This document shows positions 13,649-26,900 of a stretch of 51,681 bases of DNA, in pieces. The position numbers and the translations under genes are program-made. The stretch spans positions 1-51,681 of the forward strand of contig CAYHEX010000001.1 of the NCBI GenBank assembly GCA_964355365.1, read 5' to 3'. The notes below the pieces were generated by a model, which searched no databases, was not told the DNA's origin, and worked only from the letters and a program-made list of their open reading frames with translations. This DNA comes from an uncultured Solibacteraceae bacterium. GTDB lineage: Bacteria; Acidobacteriota; Vicinamibacteria; Vicinamibacterales; SCN-69-37. Position 1 is the stretch's first letter, and the number at the start of each line of letters is the position of its first letter.

Positions 13649-14536
13649 GTGGCAGACAAACGACCAGCTCTCGGCCGGGGACTGAGCGCCCTCATCCCAC
13701 AAAGCGCGCCGCCTCCAGTCAAAGCGGCGGCGGATCGAGATCGTCCTCCGGTGGAGCTCGACATCGATCGGCTGATCCCCAATCCCCGCCAACCGCGGAC
13801 CGTGATCGACGAGTTGAAGCTCGACGAGTTGGCCCAGTCCATCCGCGCGAACGGCGTCATCCAGCCTGTCATCGTTCGGAAATCGCCAGGTGCGGCCGCC
13901 ACCGGCTCGGAACAATACGAAATCATCGCCGGCGAACGCCGGTGGCGGGCGGCACAGCGCGCAGGCTTGCTCAAGGTACCGGTTGTTGTTCGCGAGGTGC
14001 CCGACGACAAGCTCCTCGAGGTCGCGCTCATCGAGAACATCCAGCGCGAAAACCTGAATCCAATCGAAGAGGCGCAGGCCTACCGTCGGCTGGCCGACGA
14101 CCACCGACTGACGCAGGATCAGATGGCGATTGCGGTCGGCAAGGACCGGGCGACAATCTCTAACTACATGCGTTTATTGAAGTTACCAGTTGAAGTGCGC
14201 AACGACGTCGCCGCCGGAAGCTTGTCCATGGGACACGCTAGAGCGCTGCTGGGGCTCCCAGATGAGGCCGCCCAGCGCCGACTTGCCCGAGAAACCGTGT
14301 CGCGTGGCCTCTCGGTCCGTGAAACGGAAGTCTTGGTTCGCCGGGAGAACGAGCCTGCGGCAGTTGTTGAGCCGGTCAGACCGGACGCCAACACTCGGGC
14401 TGCTGAGGAAAAGCTCCGCCTCACCCTGGGCACCCGTGTCCGGATCGTCCGCAAGGGCAAGGGTGGGCGGATCGAAGTGGATTTCGTTAACGAGGACGAG
14501 TTGCAGCGGATCTACGAACAGCTGACCGGAAGCTGA
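13649..14536 (+). CDS. parB: Chromosome partitioning protein ParB/Spo0J
   Basis: 295 aa, GTG start. IPNPRQPR, EIIAGERRWRAAQRAGL (ParB box/CTPase motif), LIENIQRENLNPIEEA and an HTH region. Confidence 0.93.
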   Translation: MADKRPALGRGLSALIPQSAPPPVKAAADRDRPPVELDIDRLIPNPRQPRTVIDELKLDELAQSIRANGVIQPVIVRKSPGAAATGSEQYEIIAGERRWRAAQRAGLLKVPVVVREVPDDKLLEVALIENIQRENLNPIEEAQAYRRLADDHRLTQDQMAIAVGKDRATISNYMRLLKLPVEVRNDVAAGSLSMGHARALLGLPDEAAQRRLARETVSRGLSVRETEVLVRRENEPAAVVEPVRPDANTRAAEEKLRLTLGTRVRIVRKGKGGRIEVDFVNEDELQRIYEQLTGS

Positions 14537-14563
14537 TTTTTAACCGCGCCACATGGTATAAAT
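14534..14563 (+). promoter_or_regulatory. Possible sigma-70-type promoter for the atp cluster (weak call)
   Basis: TATAAAT at 14557-14563 in the 61-bp parB-atp spacer, with a poor -35 (TGATTT) 17 bp upstream. A GGAGG SD at 14584-14588 precedes the TTG start at 14598. Confidence 0.3.
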
Positions 14564-14597
14564 TAATGTTTCTCACGTTGCGCGGAGGCGCGTTCTC

Positions 14598-15023
14598 TTG
14601 CTACCGGATCTCTCGGTCTTTTGGGTCGTTTTCTTTGTTCTGCTGCTGACGTTGATCCTTGACCGCCTGTTCTTCCGTCCGCTGCTGGCCATCATCAAGC
14701 AGCGCGAGGATGCAGTCGGTTCTGCCAAGGCGCTCGCCGATCAAGCTGCGGCTGAAGCTCGTCGCGCGACGGAAGAGTTTGACCGGCAGACGGCTGCTGC
14801 GCGCGCTGAGGTCTATCGTCAGATGGACGAAGTGCGGCGTACGGCGCTCGACGATCGCGCGGCGCTGGTGGAGGCGACTCGCAAAGAAGTCGAATCGACC
14901 CTGGCGAAGGCGCGAGCTGATCTGGCGAACGATGTGGCGGACGCCCGTGCCCGGCTCGACACAGACGCGGACGCACTGGCGGCTGACGCCGCGTCGCAAA
15001 TTCTCGGACGCCGCGTGTCATAA
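14598..15023 (+). CDS. F0F1 ATP synthase subunit b' (second b-type stalk subunit)
   Basis: 141 aa, TTG start after GGAGG. Single N-terminal TM (VFWVVFFVLLLTLIL) followed by a long Ala/Arg/Glu-rich helix. First of two tandem b-type genes preceding atpH. Confidence 0.75.
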   Translation: MLPDLSVFWVVFFVLLLTLILDRLFFRPLLAIIKQREDAVGSAKALADQAAAEARRATEEFDRQTAAARAEVYRQMDEVRRTALDDRAALVEATRKEVESTLAKARADLANDVADARARLDTDADALAADAASQILGRRVS

Positions 15024-15044
15024 CGCGGTGCCTTACACCACACT

Positions 15045-15626
15045 GTGACTACCGTCATGACGCATCGAATCCGCCTCCTCTGCGCCTTCGCGCTGACGCT
15101 GCTTGCGTCCACGCCGCTTCTAGCCTTCTCTGAAGAGGGCGGCGCGGCTGAAGCCGGCTGGGCGCCTACCATCGCCAAGTTCATCAACTTCGCAATTCTG
15201 GCCGCCATCATCGTCTACTACGGTCGCGGTCCGATCGGCGAATACCTTCGCACCCGGTCAACTACGATCCGCAAGGACCTGGTTGATTCCAAGGCGCTGC
15301 GCGCCGACGCCGAACAGCAATTGGCCGGTGTGCGGCAGCGGCTGTCGGTGTTGCCCGGCGAACTCGCCGACATGAAGCGTCGCGGCGAAGAGGAATTGGC
15401 GGCCGAGAAAGTCCGTCTCGCAGAAGCCACCGCGCACGAACGTCAGCGCCTGATCGACCAGACACACCGCGAGATTGAATTGCAGTCCCGCCTCGCGCGT
15501 CGCGACCTGGTGCAGCACAGCGTTGACGTGTCCATGTCGATCGCGCGAACGCGCATCGAGAAGGCCATCACGCCAGACGATCAGGCGCGATTGATTGATC
15601 GGTATGCTTCGGGGGTGCGCGCGTGA
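15045..15626 (+). CDS. atpF: F0F1 ATP synthase subunit b
   Basis: 193 aa. TM segment INFAILAAIIVYYG followed by a charged coiled coil. Immediately upstream of, and overlapping, atpH. Confidence 0.75.
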   Translation: MTTVMTHRIRLLCAFALTLLASTPLLAFSEEGGAAEAGWAPTIAKFINFAILAAIIVYYGRGPIGEYLRTRSTTIRKDLVDSKALRADAEQQLAGVRQRLSVLPGELADMKRRGEEELAAEKVRLAEATAHERQRLIDQTHREIELQSRLARRDLVQHSVDVSMSIARTRIEKAITPDDQARLIDRYASGVRA

Positions 15627-16174
15627 CCCTGCAATCCGTTGCGCGCCGGTACGCCGGCGCACTGTTTGATGTGGTGAAGAAGAACGGCACGGTCGATACG
15701 GCGTATGCGGGCCTGGCGGCGTTTGCCGACCTGATCGCGCAGTCCCCGGAGTTGACGAAGGTGCTGGCGTCTCCCGCGGTGCCCGCGGCCAAGAAGCGCG
15801 TGCTGGCGGAAACTTTGGCGACCCAACTGGGTGTGGCTCCGGAAGTGTCCCGCTTACTGGGCGTGATGGGCGATCGCGATCGCCTTGGTCTGGTGGCGGG
15901 TGTGGCGTCGGCGTTCGAAGCGCGCGTGATGCAGGAGCGCCAGATCCTTCAGGCCCAGGTGACGACGGCGGTGCCACTGACGACCGAGGCGTCGGCCGGG
16001 TTGTCGGCCGCGCTGGGGCGTGCCACCGGCGGCACGGTGAAGATCGATGCGCATGTGGACCCCGCCATCATCGGCGGCGTCATCGCGCGCGTCGGCAGCA
16101 TGGTGTTTGACGGCAGCGTGACGCGCCAACTCGAGATCATGAAAACGCAGCTCATTAACGCTCAGAACAAATAG
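15623..16174 (+). CDS. atpH: F0F1 ATP synthase subunit delta (OSCP)
   Basis: 183 aa. N-terminus LQSVARRYAGALFDVV and C-terminus IIGGVIARVGSMVFDGSVTRQL are typical of OSCP/delta. Confidence 0.85.
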   Translation: MTLQSVARRYAGALFDVVKKNGTVDTAYAGLAAFADLIAQSPELTKVLASPAVPAAKKRVLAETLATQLGVAPEVSRLLGVMGDRDRLGLVAGVASAFEARVMQERQILQAQVTTAVPLTTEASAGLSAALGRATGGTVKIDAHVDPAIIGGVIARVGSMVFDGSVTRQLEIMKTQLINAQNK

Positions 16175-16189
16175 AGCCCAGGGATACAG

Positions 16190-17713
<1,524 letters not shown>

Positions 17714-17715
17714 CC

Positions 17716-20147
<2,432 letters not shown>

Positions 20148-20570
20148 ATGGCGATCCCGAAGTCCATCCGTCTCGAGTTCGTCACGCCCGAGCGGTCGAT
20201 TGCTCATCAGGACGTGGACGAGGTCGAACTGCCGGGCGAGGAAGGCTTCTTCGCCGTCCTGCCCGGCCATGCCCCGTTGCTCGCCGCGCTCAAAACCGGC
20301 CCGGTCTGGTACCGGAGCGGCGGCGAAAAGCACTACGCCTTCATCGGGGGCGGTTTCGCCGAAGTGACGGCGGACCGCGTCAGTGTGCTGGCCTCGGTCG
20401 CCGAACGCGCGGAAGATATTGATATTGCCCGTGCTGAAGCCGCCAAGCGACGTGCGGAAGACCGCCTCGCCAAGCCGGTGACGGACATCGACATGGAACG
20501 CGCCCGCATCGCGATGCTGCGCGCCATTGCCCGCCTCCAACTTGCAAAGGTCAGCCGCACGCGCGGGTGA
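20148..20570 (+). CDS. atpC: F0F1 ATP synthase subunit epsilon
   Basis: 140 aa. ATG abuts the atpD TAG. Beta-sandwich N-terminus (LEFVTPERSI...VELPGEEGFFAVLPGHAPLL) plus a helical C-terminus. Confidence 0.9.
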   Translation: MAIPKSIRLEFVTPERSIAHQDVDEVELPGEEGFFAVLPGHAPLLAALKTGPVWYRSGGEKHYAFIGGGFAEVTADRVSVLASVAERAEDIDIARAEAAKRRAEDRLAKPVTDIDMERARIAMLRAIARLQLAKVSRTRG

Positions 20571-21363
20571 TGCGCTGCCGTTGATCATCGTCACATCGGC
20601 CGTTGCCACCCACCCAGGTTTGCGACGGGAGGGCAATGAAGACGCCTCCTGTGTTCGGGCCGGTCTTGGTTTGTACATCGTCGCCGACGGGATGGGTGGC
20701 CACGCAGCCGGAGAAGTGGCATCGCGTCTCGCCGTGGAAACCATCGAGTCGTTCATCGCTGATACCCGTCACGCGGACCTGTCGTCAACGTGGCCGCTGC
20801 CGTATGACACCGAACTGAGCCTCGACGGCAACCGACTGAAAGCTGCGTTTCAACTTGCCAATCGACGTCTGACGGCGGCGATGGGCGACAACGACCAGTT
20901 GCGAGGGATGGCGACCACCGCTGTGGCGATTCTCCTGACTCCACTCGGAGCCACGGCAGCGCATGTCGGTGACAGCCGCGCTTATCGGCTGCGCGGCGGC
21001 GTGCTGTCGGGACTGACCGAAGATCATTCGTGGGTCAATGAACAAGTGCGCGGCGGCCTCATGACGGATGCGGATGCACGACGGCACCCGTGGCGGAATG
21101 TGGTCACGCGCGCGATTACCGGCGGTGACGACCCGCAGCCGGAGATTTCACCTCTCACGGTCGCGACCGGTGACCGCATCCTCCTGTGCTCCGACGGCCT
21201 CTCGTCCGTCATTTCCAATGAGCAGATTTGCTCGCTGCTCTCTGCCGATCGGTCGCTCGACCAGATCTGCGCCACGTTGATTGCAGCGGCCAATGACGCC
21301 GGTGGGCCGGATAACATCACCGTCGTGCTCATCCAGGTGGAGAACGCCGGCGATGTGGACTAA
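20527..21363 (+). CDS. PP2C-family (PPM) Ser/Thr protein phosphatase
   Basis: Motifs REGNEDA, VADGMGGHAAGEVAS, LLCSDGLS and GGPDNITVV. Start uncertain: TTG 20527 overlaps atpC by 44 nt; an alternative in-frame TTG at 20581 lies 10 nt after the atpC stop. Confidence 0.85.
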   Translation: MPASNLQRSAARAGDALPLIIVTSAVATHPGLRREGNEDASCVRAGLGLYIVADGMGGHAAGEVASRLAVETIESFIADTRHADLSSTWPLPYDTELSLDGNRLKAAFQLANRRLTAAMGDNDQLRGMATTAVAILLTPLGATAAHVGDSRAYRLRGGVLSGLTEDHSWVNEQVRGGLMTDADARRHPWRNVVTRAITGGDDPQPEISPLTVATGDRILLCSDGLSSVISNEQICSLLSADRSLDQICATLIAAANDAGGPDNITVVLIQVENAGDVD

Positions 21364-22147
21364 CCTCGCGCGACTGTTCCGCTATCGCGGGTTGATTCAG
21401 AGTCTGGTGGCTCGAGAACTGAAAGCCAGATACCGCGGCTCCGTGCTGGGCTTCTTCTGGTCCTTCGTCAACCCCCTCCTGCTCCTGTCGATCTACTCGT
21501 TTGTCTTTACCGTGGTGATGCCCGGACTGCATCCGAAGGAAATCGAGCCGTACGCGCTGTTCATGTTCTGCGGCATCCTGCCGTGGACGTGGTTTTCGTC
21601 CTCGCTGACGGAAGCATCCGCGTCCTTGATTGCCGGCGGCAACCTCATCAAGAAGGTTTTGTTTCCCGCCGAAATCCTGCCGCTCGTCAATGTGCTGGCG
21701 AACATGATTCACTTTTTTCTTGGGCTGCCGATCCTGATCGGGTTCCTGATCTGGTACCAGAAGTCCCCGGACGGACTGGATCTCATCTGGTTTCCGGTCA
21801 CCGTCCTGATCCAGCTCGTCTTCACCGCCGCGCTCGGCCTGGTGCTCTCGGCTCTCACCGTGCACTTTCGTGACCTTCGCGACATTCTCTCGAACGTGTT
21901 GACGCTCTGGTTCTTCGCGACGCCGATCATCTATCCGATGGGCCTGGCGGTCGGTTTGAGCAAGCGCGTGCTCGACATGAACCCGATGACGCACCTGATC
22001 GTGTCGTATCAGGAGATCTTGTTCTACTCCGGCGACATCGGGCACTGGAAGTGGTTGCTGGTGTTTGGCGCGGCCTCCGTCCTGTTCTTCCTCGCCGCCT
22101 ACTGGCTGTTTGACCGTCTGCGCGACTCGTTCGCGGAGGTGGTGTGA
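21353..22147 (+). CDS. ABC-2 type polysaccharide/O-antigen export permease (Wzm/TagG-like)
   Basis: Internal ATG 21353 of ORF 21281..22147 gives MWTNLARLFRYRGLIQSLVARELKARYRGSVLGFFWSFVNPLLLL plus six predicted TMs. It overlaps the PP2C stop (ATGTGGACTAA). Confidence 0.85.
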   Translation: MWTNLARLFRYRGLIQSLVARELKARYRGSVLGFFWSFVNPLLLLSIYSFVFTVVMPGLHPKEIEPYALFMFCGILPWTWFSSSLTEASASLIAGGNLIKKVLFPAEILPLVNVLANMIHFFLGLPILIGFLIWYQKSPDGLDLIWFPVTVLIQLVFTAALGLVLSALTVHFRDLRDILSNVLTLWFFATPIIYPMGLAVGLSKRVLDMNPMTHLIVSYQEILFYSGDIGHWKWLLVFGAASVLFFLAAYWLFDRLRDSFAEVV

Positions 22148-23487
22148 TGACTGCCGGCCACGCGATTGAACTGGCGAACGTCTCGAAGGTCTACCGGCGA
22201 TTCAGCGGAAAGCAGTTTGCCACGCTCAAGAGCGCGCTCCTGCAGCGCAGCATCTTGCGCGACCTGCAGCCGAGAGAGACGTTTCAGGCGCTTGACGATG
22301 TGACGTTCTCTGTGCCGAAGGGCTCGACCTTCGCGGTGATTGGGCGAAACGGATCGGGCAAGAGCACGGCGCTGAAGCTTGTCGCAGGCATCACAAAACC
22401 CACGAGCGGTACCGTGCAGGTTGACGGACGGATTTCTGCGCTCATCGAACTCGGTGCCGGATTCCACCCGGAGATCTCCGGTCGGGAAAACGTCTTTATC
22501 AACGGCATCATGCTCGGTTTGACGAAGCACGAGATCAAGGATCGCTTCGACGAGATCGTTGAATTCGCCGAAATGAAAGACTTCATTGACGCGCCGGTCA
22601 AGACGTACTCGTCGGGCATGTACATGCGGCTGGGCTTTGCCGTGGCGATCCATGTTGATCCCGAAGTGCTCCTTGTGGATGAAGTGCTGGCCGTCGGCGA
22701 CGAAGGCTTCACGCACAAGTGTCTCGATAAGTTCGCGGAGTTCAAACGCCGAGGCAAGACGATCCTTCTCGTCACGCACTCACTCGGCCTTGTCGAGCGT
22801 TTTTGCGACGACGCCGTGTGGCTCGACCACGGCAAGACGCTGGCTCAGGGCGACCCCAAGCGAGTGATTGGCGCCTACCTCATGGATGTCGAGTCATCCG
22901 AAGAGGGCTATCTCGCTCAGGCAGACGCGAAGGCCAAAGAAGACGTTTCAGAGACCGATCCGGCGCCCGGTCCTGATGTGCCCACTGCGGAAGCTGAAGA
23001 CTCTGGCCCACAGAACATGTTTCAAGCCGACGAAGGCCGCTGGGGCTCCGGCGGTGTCGCGATCACGGGTGTGACACTTCGCGATTCGGCAGGCGAGGCC
23101 GGGCACGTGTTCCACAGCGGCGAGCGACTCGACATCGAGATCGGCCTGAAGGCGGACCGTCCGTGCGATGACTTCGTGTTCGGCATCGCGATGTTCAACA
23201 CCGAAGGCACCTGCGTGTACGGCACCAACACCGATATCGAGAAGTACGTCGCGGGTGAGTTGTCCGGCGACGCGACCGTGACGTTTGTGATCGAGGCGCT
23301 CGATCTGGTCGAAGGTACCTACAAGCTCGACGTGGCGGTCCACAAAAAAGACGGAGCGCCGTACGATTACCATCGGCTGCTCTACACCTTCCGCGTGAAG
23401 TCTCGAACGAAAGATGCGGGCATCTACCGCCCTCGGCACCATTGGGAGTTCTCGCCTACCGTAAAGCTGACACGGACGGACGAATGA
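22144..23487 (+). CDS. Polysaccharide/O-antigen ABC exporter ATP-binding protein (Wzt/TagH-like) with C-terminal carbohydrate-binding-type domain
   Basis: 447 aa. Walker A GRNGSGKST, signature YSSGMYMRLGFA, Walker B LLVDEVLAVGD. An acidic linker precedes a ~150-aa beta-rich C-terminal domain (GVTLRDSAGE...TYKLDVAVHKKDG), as in Wzt. Confidence 0.88.
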   Translation: MMTAGHAIELANVSKVYRRFSGKQFATLKSALLQRSILRDLQPRETFQALDDVTFSVPKGSTFAVIGRNGSGKSTALKLVAGITKPTSGTVQVDGRISALIELGAGFHPEISGRENVFINGIMLGLTKHEIKDRFDEIVEFAEMKDFIDAPVKTYSSGMYMRLGFAVAIHVDPEVLLVDEVLAVGDEGFTHKCLDKFAEFKRRGKTILLVTHSLGLVERFCDDAVWLDHGKTLAQGDPKRVIGAYLMDVESSEEGYLAQADAKAKEDVSETDPAPGPDVPTAEAEDSGPQNMFQADEGRWGSGGVAITGVTLRDSAGEAGHVFHSGERLDIEIGLKADRPCDDFVFGIAMFNTEGTCVYGTNTDIEKYVAGELSGDATVTFVIEALDLVEGTYKLDVAVHKKDGAPYDYHRLLYTFRVKSRTKDAGIYRPRHHWEFSPTVKLTRTDE

Positions 23488-23966
23488 CCTCCGGTGTGCT
23501 CTCGCTCGACGCCGGCGCCAATATGGCCGAGCACCTGCGTTCTCTTGGACAGCGCGTCGTGTTCACCAATGGCGTCTTCGACCTCCTCCACCCAGGCCAT
23601 GTGCGATATCTGCAGTCCGCTCGCGCGGAAGGCGACGCCTTGATCGTTGGCGTGAACTCCGACCGGTCGGTTAGAGCGCTGAAGGGACCGTCACGGCCCA
23701 TCACGCCCGAGCAGGAGCGTGCGGAGATCCTTGCCGCGCTGGATTGTGTGACTGCGGCGGTCGTGTTTGATGAAGACACACCGGCAGAGATCATCCGACG
23801 CATCCAACCGGACGTCCTCGTCAAAGGCGCCGACTGGGCCGCCGACGCCATCGTTGGCAGAGATACGGTCGAGGCCCGCGGAGGCCGTGTCGTGCGGATG
23901 CCGATCGAAGAGGGGTGGTCGACGACGTCGATCGTGACCGCCATTCACACGCCCAGCGGCAAGTAG
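23484..23966 (+). CDS. hldC: D-glycero-beta-D-manno-heptose 1-phosphate adenylyltransferase (RfaE domain II only; cytidylyltransferase fold)
   Basis: ATG 23484 overlaps the wzt TGA (ATGA). VVFTNGVFDLLHPGHVRYLQSARAEGDALIVGVNSDRSVRALKGPSRPI...VLVKGADW. Confidence 0.82.
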   Translation: MTSGVLSLDAGANMAEHLRSLGQRVVFTNGVFDLLHPGHVRYLQSARAEGDALIVGVNSDRSVRALKGPSRPITPEQERAEILAALDCVTAAVVFDEDTPAEIIRRIQPDVLVKGADWAADAIVGRDTVEARGGRVVRMPIEEGWSTTSIVTAIHTPSGK

Positions 23967-23979
23967 CCGCGCCCCAACC

Positions 23980-26900
23980 GTGCTTCACCCATCGTCATCC
24001 CTCGCGTTTCGGTCGCTGCTGAAGACGGCCGCGATCAACAGCGCGCTCGCCAAGCCCCAGGTGTCGATCAGTGGTGTCACACCCCAAGCCGCGGCGCTGC
24101 ACGCGGCGATGGCCGCTCAGGACGCCACGGTCTTCCTGATCGTGCCTGCCGATGTGGACGTGGAGCAGTTTGTTGCCGACACGCGGTTCTTTCTCGGTGC
24201 CGTCCAGGGGCTCAGCGACGACGCGGTCGACCGGCAGGTGCTGCCGTTTCCATCGCAGGAAGTGGATCCATATCGCGGGCTGACACCGCATCTGGAGGTG
24301 GCATCCGCCCGTGCCCGCGCGCTTCATGCACTCGCCACTCGCACGGCCAGAATCATTGTTGCCTCCGCGCGCGCGTTGCTGCCGAGGCTGAGCGCGCCCG
24401 AACGTCTTGCGGCGACAGGTCTGGTACTCCGGCCCGGCGGTGAAGTGGCACCGCGGGATCTCGGCGAGCAATTGGCCCGAGCCGGGTTCTCGCCGGAAGA
24501 TCCAGTTGACGAACATGGAGAGTTCTTTGTCCGCGGCGGTGTTGTCGACATCTATCCGGCGGCCGAATCACAGCCAGTTCGTCTGGAATTCGTCGGAGAC
24601 ATCATCGAGTCGTTGCGGCGTTACGACGCGGCGACGCAGCGTTCGCTGACGGCACTCGATCAGGTCACGATTGCGCCGCAGCGTGAACTGCTCGATGACC
24701 CTGACGCGCCAGATGATCCACTGAGATTCGACCGGTCGTCTCACATCATCGACTACGTCCGTTTGGCCGGCGCTCAAGTGCTCGCTTTCGAACGGGAAGA
24801 TATCGAAACCCGCGGTCGTCAACTGGAAGAGCAGTGGCGCGCCAGCGCCGAGGACGCGATTGTTCGCGGCCGCCCCGCTCCGCCGTTGTCGCAGCTTGCG
24901 CTCGACTGGGACTCGATTGCCATCTGGCTGCAGTCGGCGCGTCACCTGACGGCGCTGGCGCTCGATAACACGGCCGGCATTCACGTGTCGTGTCAGCCAG
25001 CGCCTGAGTTCCGCGGACGCATTGCCGACTGGGTCGCCGATATTCGCCAGGCCCGCGAGCGCAACGAAACCACGATCTTTGTGGCTGCCACGTCGGGGCG
25101 AGCTGAGCGAACAATGGAACTGCTGGCCGACTACGACGTCCGCGCGCGCGCGATCGGCCAGTCCGACGACCTGTACGCGGCTGCCGTGTTGGTGACCACC
25201 GGCCGGTTGTCGAAGGGATTCCGGCTTCCGGAGGCCGCGCTTCAGGTCTTCAGTGAGTCGGACCTGTTTGAAGAAGAGCGACGCGTTCATGAGCGCCGCA
25301 AATCGGCGTCGAGCACGTTCCTGTCGGATTTCCGTGACCTCAAGGTCGGCGACCTCGTCGTGCACGTCGACAATGGCATCGGCCGCTTTGTCGGGCTGAA
25401 GCAGATCGGCGTCGGCGGCGGCGGCACGGAAGCCCACGAGTTCATGGAGCTTCGGTACTCCGGGGAAGACAAGCTCTTCGTCCCGGTTGAGCGGTTGGAC
25501 CTCGTCCAGAAGTACACCGGTGGTGCGTCGCCATCTCTGGACCGGCTTGGCGGCACGACCTGGGAAAAGGCCAAGACCCGCGTCAAGAAGGCCATGCGCG
25601 ACATGGCGGAAGAGCTGTTGAAGCTCTACGCCGCGCGGAAGGCTGCCGGCGGATTCGCGTTCAGCCCGAATACGCACTGGCAGCAGGAGTTCAACGACGC
25701 GTTTGAGTACGACCTCACGCCGGATCAGCAATCGGCCATCACGGACATCACGCGTGACATGGAGGCAGGCCTCGCCATGGACCGTCTGCTCTGCGGCGAC
25801 GTGGGGTACGGCAAGACCGAAGTGGCGATGCGCGCGGCTTTCAAGGCCGTGATGGACGGTAAGCAAGTGGCGCTGCTGGCCCCTACGACCGTTCTCGCTT
25901 TTCAGCACCTTCGAACACTGCGCGAGCGTTTTACGGGCTTCCCGGTTCGGATCGACATGGTGAGCCGCTTCCGCACCAAACAAGAACAGAAAGAAACGCT
26001 TGTCAAACTCGCGGCCGGCCAGCTCGACATCATCGTCGGCACACATCGCCTGCTTTCGAAGGACGTGATCTTCCGGGATCTGGGTCTGCTGGTTGTTGAC
26101 GAAGAGCAGCGGTTCGGTGTGTCGCACAAGGAACGCATCAAGCAGATTCGCAAGCGCGTGGACGTCCTAACGATGACGGCTACGCCCATTCCGCGCACGC
26201 TGAACATGTCGTTGGCCGGCATTCGCGACATGTCGGTGATCGAGACGCCGCCACGCGACCGGCTGTCGATTCAGACGCACGTCGTCAAGTTCGACCAGGA
26301 TGTGATTCGACGGGCGATCGGCACTGAACTCGAGCGCGGCGGCCAGGTCTACTTCGTCCACAACCGTGTCGAGTCCATCTTCTCGATCGCCAACCTCATT
26401 TCCAGACTCGTGCCTGACGTCAAACTCGGCATCGGTCATGGCCAAATGGGCGATGAAGAGCTCGAACGCGTCATGGTGGATTTTGTGGCGAAGAAGTTCG
26501 ACGTTCTTGTGGCGACCACGATCATCGAAAACGGGCTCGACATACCGAACGCCAACACGATCATCATCAACCGCGCGGACCGCTATGGGTTGTCGCAGCT
26601 GTACCAACTGCGCGGCCGAGTTGGTCGCGCGGATCGGCGTGCCTATGCGTATCTGCTGGTGCCTCCGACGGATGCGCTTTCGCCTGTGGCTAGAAAGCGT
26701 CTTGCGGCGATTCGTGAGTTCAGCGATCTTGGCAGCGGATTCCGTGTGGCGGCTCTCGACCTCGAGATCCGTGGCGCCGGAAATCTCCTGGGCGGCGAGC
26801 AGAGCGGACAGATCGAAGCCGTCGGCTTCGACATGTACATGAAGCTGCTCGAGGAGACGATCAAGCAGCTCAAGGGCGAAGATCTCGAGGACGATCGGCG

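Noticed and set aside
14568-14583. parS-like half-site TGTTTCTCACGTTG downstream of parB
   Set aside because: It carries an extra base and lacks the second half of the palindrome, so it is not a credible parS.
24568-26127. 519-aa ORF antisense to mfd. Similar cases: 8139..9326 opposite jag/mnmE, 17722..18726 opposite atpG, 19779..20756 opposite atpD/atpC, 27524..28684 opposite the SurA-like gene, 37047..38042 opposite the YhaM-like gene
   Set aside because: Each lies opposite a confidently identified gene, has a low-complexity Arg/His/Gly-rich composition and no motifs. These are high-GC shadow ORFs.
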